A stretch of 64,000 nt of DNA from Ramazzottius varieornatus (lineage: Eukaryota > Animalia > Tardigrada), in NCBI GenBank assembly GCA_001949185.1, contig BDGG01000017.1, positions 62,001-126,000 of the forward strand, read 5' to 3'. Of this stretch, positions 61,823 through 64,000 are shown piece by piece. Within the stretch, counting starts at the first letter, position 1. The number at the start of each line of letters is the position of its first letter. Under the pieces are notes generated by a model. The model was given only the letters and a program-made list of their open reading frames with translations, did no database searches and had not been told where the DNA came from. A program made the translations under genes and the position numbers.

Positions 61823-64000
61823 ATGGTTTCCGGAGAGATGGCCAGGACATCCCCCTTTGTCATCCAAAGCGCAAGTCCCGCATCGGAGTCACGTCTGGAC
61901 GAACGGGACCGTTTCTCCTTGCCGCGGACGGAACACACGCAGGTCGAGCATTTCCTTCAGCGACAAAATTCCTCTCCGGCCAAATCGGCAACCAGCGCTT
62001 TCCTCCATCAACACTATCCGCTACTGAATGGACCCTCGCCGCTGAACAGTCTAGGCCTTCCACCGTCGATAGGGCCGGGTCACAACAACCCGTCGTTTTT
62101 GTTCGCAGACAATGAACAGCTGATCAATAACCGGGATGCAGCACTGCCTTCCACTTCGTCTTTGTCCTCTCCAACCCCGCCGACGGCATCTTCCGTGCAA
62201 ACATCTAACCGTAAACGGAGACTTTTGGCGTGGCACCATCATAAAGAGAATGGTTCTTCGCCGCCTGACACAACGTCCGCGCGAGGGGAACGAGTATCGG
62301 GAACTTGTCTACGGGTAAGCAGTGCGTAATTACAGATATATTCTACGGGCTTGCTAGACGTCACTTAGAAAGCACGTCGCTCGGTAGCCCAAATCGAATT
62401 GTCAACGGGTAGAATGACGTCATGCGTGAGTTTGCACGATTCGGTTAATGTCAGGATTCATTCTACGCCAGATCAGATGGTAGTGAGGCTGGGTAGTTAC
62501 GGTGGTAGACCACGTGGTAGGTGGTGTTATGATGCCGTTGGTTGATAATGGTGCGATAAGGGATATGGGACGTATGCGGCACAAAATCGTGGCAAAACTG
62601 TTTCGATAAGTTCGTTTCCTGGTGAGTTCGCACGCCTCCAGCCAAAAATACCGCGATCGCGCGTCAGTCGAAAAAACAATCTTTGTGTCGGGTTTTCCGA
62701 GTTCCGATATGTGCATTTTGAGCAACGTGTATGGTAATGCTGACCTTTGGTTGTAGGTCAATTTGGAGGAGTACGTCGGAGAACGCGTTCTGGTACGTCG
62801 GGCGAAGAAAGAAGAATCCAGCAGCTCTCCGTACGTTCCAGGAACCATCCATGCAGTAGACAGCCCGAGCAGTGATATGGAAATCATATTAGAAACTCTC
62901 CCCGGTGAGTCCTTGAGGGTACCCAATGTCCTGTCCGAGGAAGCTAGGTGCCAAATTATTAGTGACCGCAGTCCAGCAGTCCATGAAATTCCAATGGGCA
63001 GTCGCGTTTGTGTTCGTCTCGCTCCCAAAGACCGTAGCTTCGTGCAAGGCCGCGTCCTCTCCTGCGACCTGACCAAATGCCCACCTGTCTTCAAGATTGC
63101 CGTGATGGAGAATGCTGGGGATGAAGAGAAAGACGTCGATGTGTCGCGTGTTCACATTCGCCTTCTACGACCGCCCTGGTAATAATTTAACACTGTGTCT
63201 TCGATAGAAAATGAGACTGTCACACACAAATAATTCTCCTCGGCTAGGAAACTCCACAAGGTCATTTTCCCAAGTGGCGTACGCTTCTAGTTCTAGTGGC
63301 TGGTAGCGAGCGCCACTTGGAGGAACCCACTCATCGAGTTTGGTTTGTCAAGTGGCGCACCGCTCTGGTGTTACCAGCTAGAAGCGAGCGCCACTTTGTT
63401 TAGTGATCTTGTTGACTGTGAATCTGTTTTGCCCAGACGTCTCTTTTTTATTCTTTTCTTAGGTACGAAGACACAGCATTTCTGCAACTTCCTCGCCCTG
63501 ACTTTTCGCGACACCCGAGTAGCGCGGAAGTGGTAGACGTCGAGGAAGGTGACTCGTCCGAAGATGAGCTGAAGATGCCGGACTTCGGCGACAACAACAA
63601 CTCCAACACGTCCACACCCGGTCCTTCCCGCTCCGCCAGTAAACTCTTGTACTCGACCCAGCACTCGACCGAGTCGAACCCCGCAAACGTCTTTGGCCTT
63701 CTTAGTCAACAGGACAACAGTGCTTCCAACGCTTCGTCGGAGTGCAATTTGAACAGTACCGTCAACTCTCCATCGCCACGAGGTTACAAAAAGGTACCAA
63801 AAGTCATATGTGATCCTTTCTGAAATATTCGCTTAGAGTAGTGGGGTTCTTGAAGGGCGATGTAATCTCCCTGTCGAACGGTATAAGAAAGAAATTCAAC
63901 GGGAAGCAGTGGCGGAAGTTGTGTACGGAGAAGGGTTGTAGCAAGGAGTCGCAGCGACGCGGCTTCTGCTCGCGACATCTATCCATGCAGAGCAAGTCTT
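61823..64000 (+). CDS. cic: Capicua long-isoform-like protein, N-terminal part (runs off the window end)
   Basis: Tudor-like exon ending IRLLRPPW, and YKKGDVI...[16 protein letters not shown]...[17 protein letters not shown], the conserved CIC-L N-terminal motif. The HMG box is not in the window. Confidence 0.85.
63272..63396. repeat. Two AAGTGGCGCA-N27-TGCGCCACTT units in cic intron 63179-63462
   Basis: Arms at 63272-81/63309-18 and 63350-59/63387-96; 27-nt spacers. Confidence 0.88.

Noticed and set aside
62420-63094. 224-aa minus-strand ORF
   Set aside because: Antisense to capicua exons.

Overview
This is eukaryotic (animal) genomic DNA, gene-dense, with mostly 60-110 nt GT-AG introns. 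Gene content and architecture suggest a tardigrade such as Ramazzottius (inference). The ORF track only fragments the genes, so I rebuilt gene models by hand from splice sites. Genes: a CUB-domain protein, five tandem Ly6/quiver-like genes, three paralogous prohormone-like secreted genes, carnitine acetyltransferase, a six-exon globin, a receptor guanylyl cyclase, a Tyr-motif-rich single-pass membrane protein, a soluble PSPG-box UDP-glycosyltransferase, a trissin-like precursor, an intronless cadherin-like repeat protein, DPH7 and the 5' part of capicua. Mobile DNA: one complete 3.4-kb piggyBac and many MITEs. Three signals stand out. (1) Ten copies of an inverted repeat, AAGTGGCGCA-N27-TGCGCCACTT, all with exactly 27 nt of diverged spacer, lie in five introns of four unrelated genes. 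(2) The piggyBac has an intron-split but catalytically intact transposase plus a second spliced gene with a P2X7-ballast/KolX-like motif. (3) The three secreted genes share a G-FAL signal junction and a C-x2-Y-x2-C plus helix module, a family I do not recognise.
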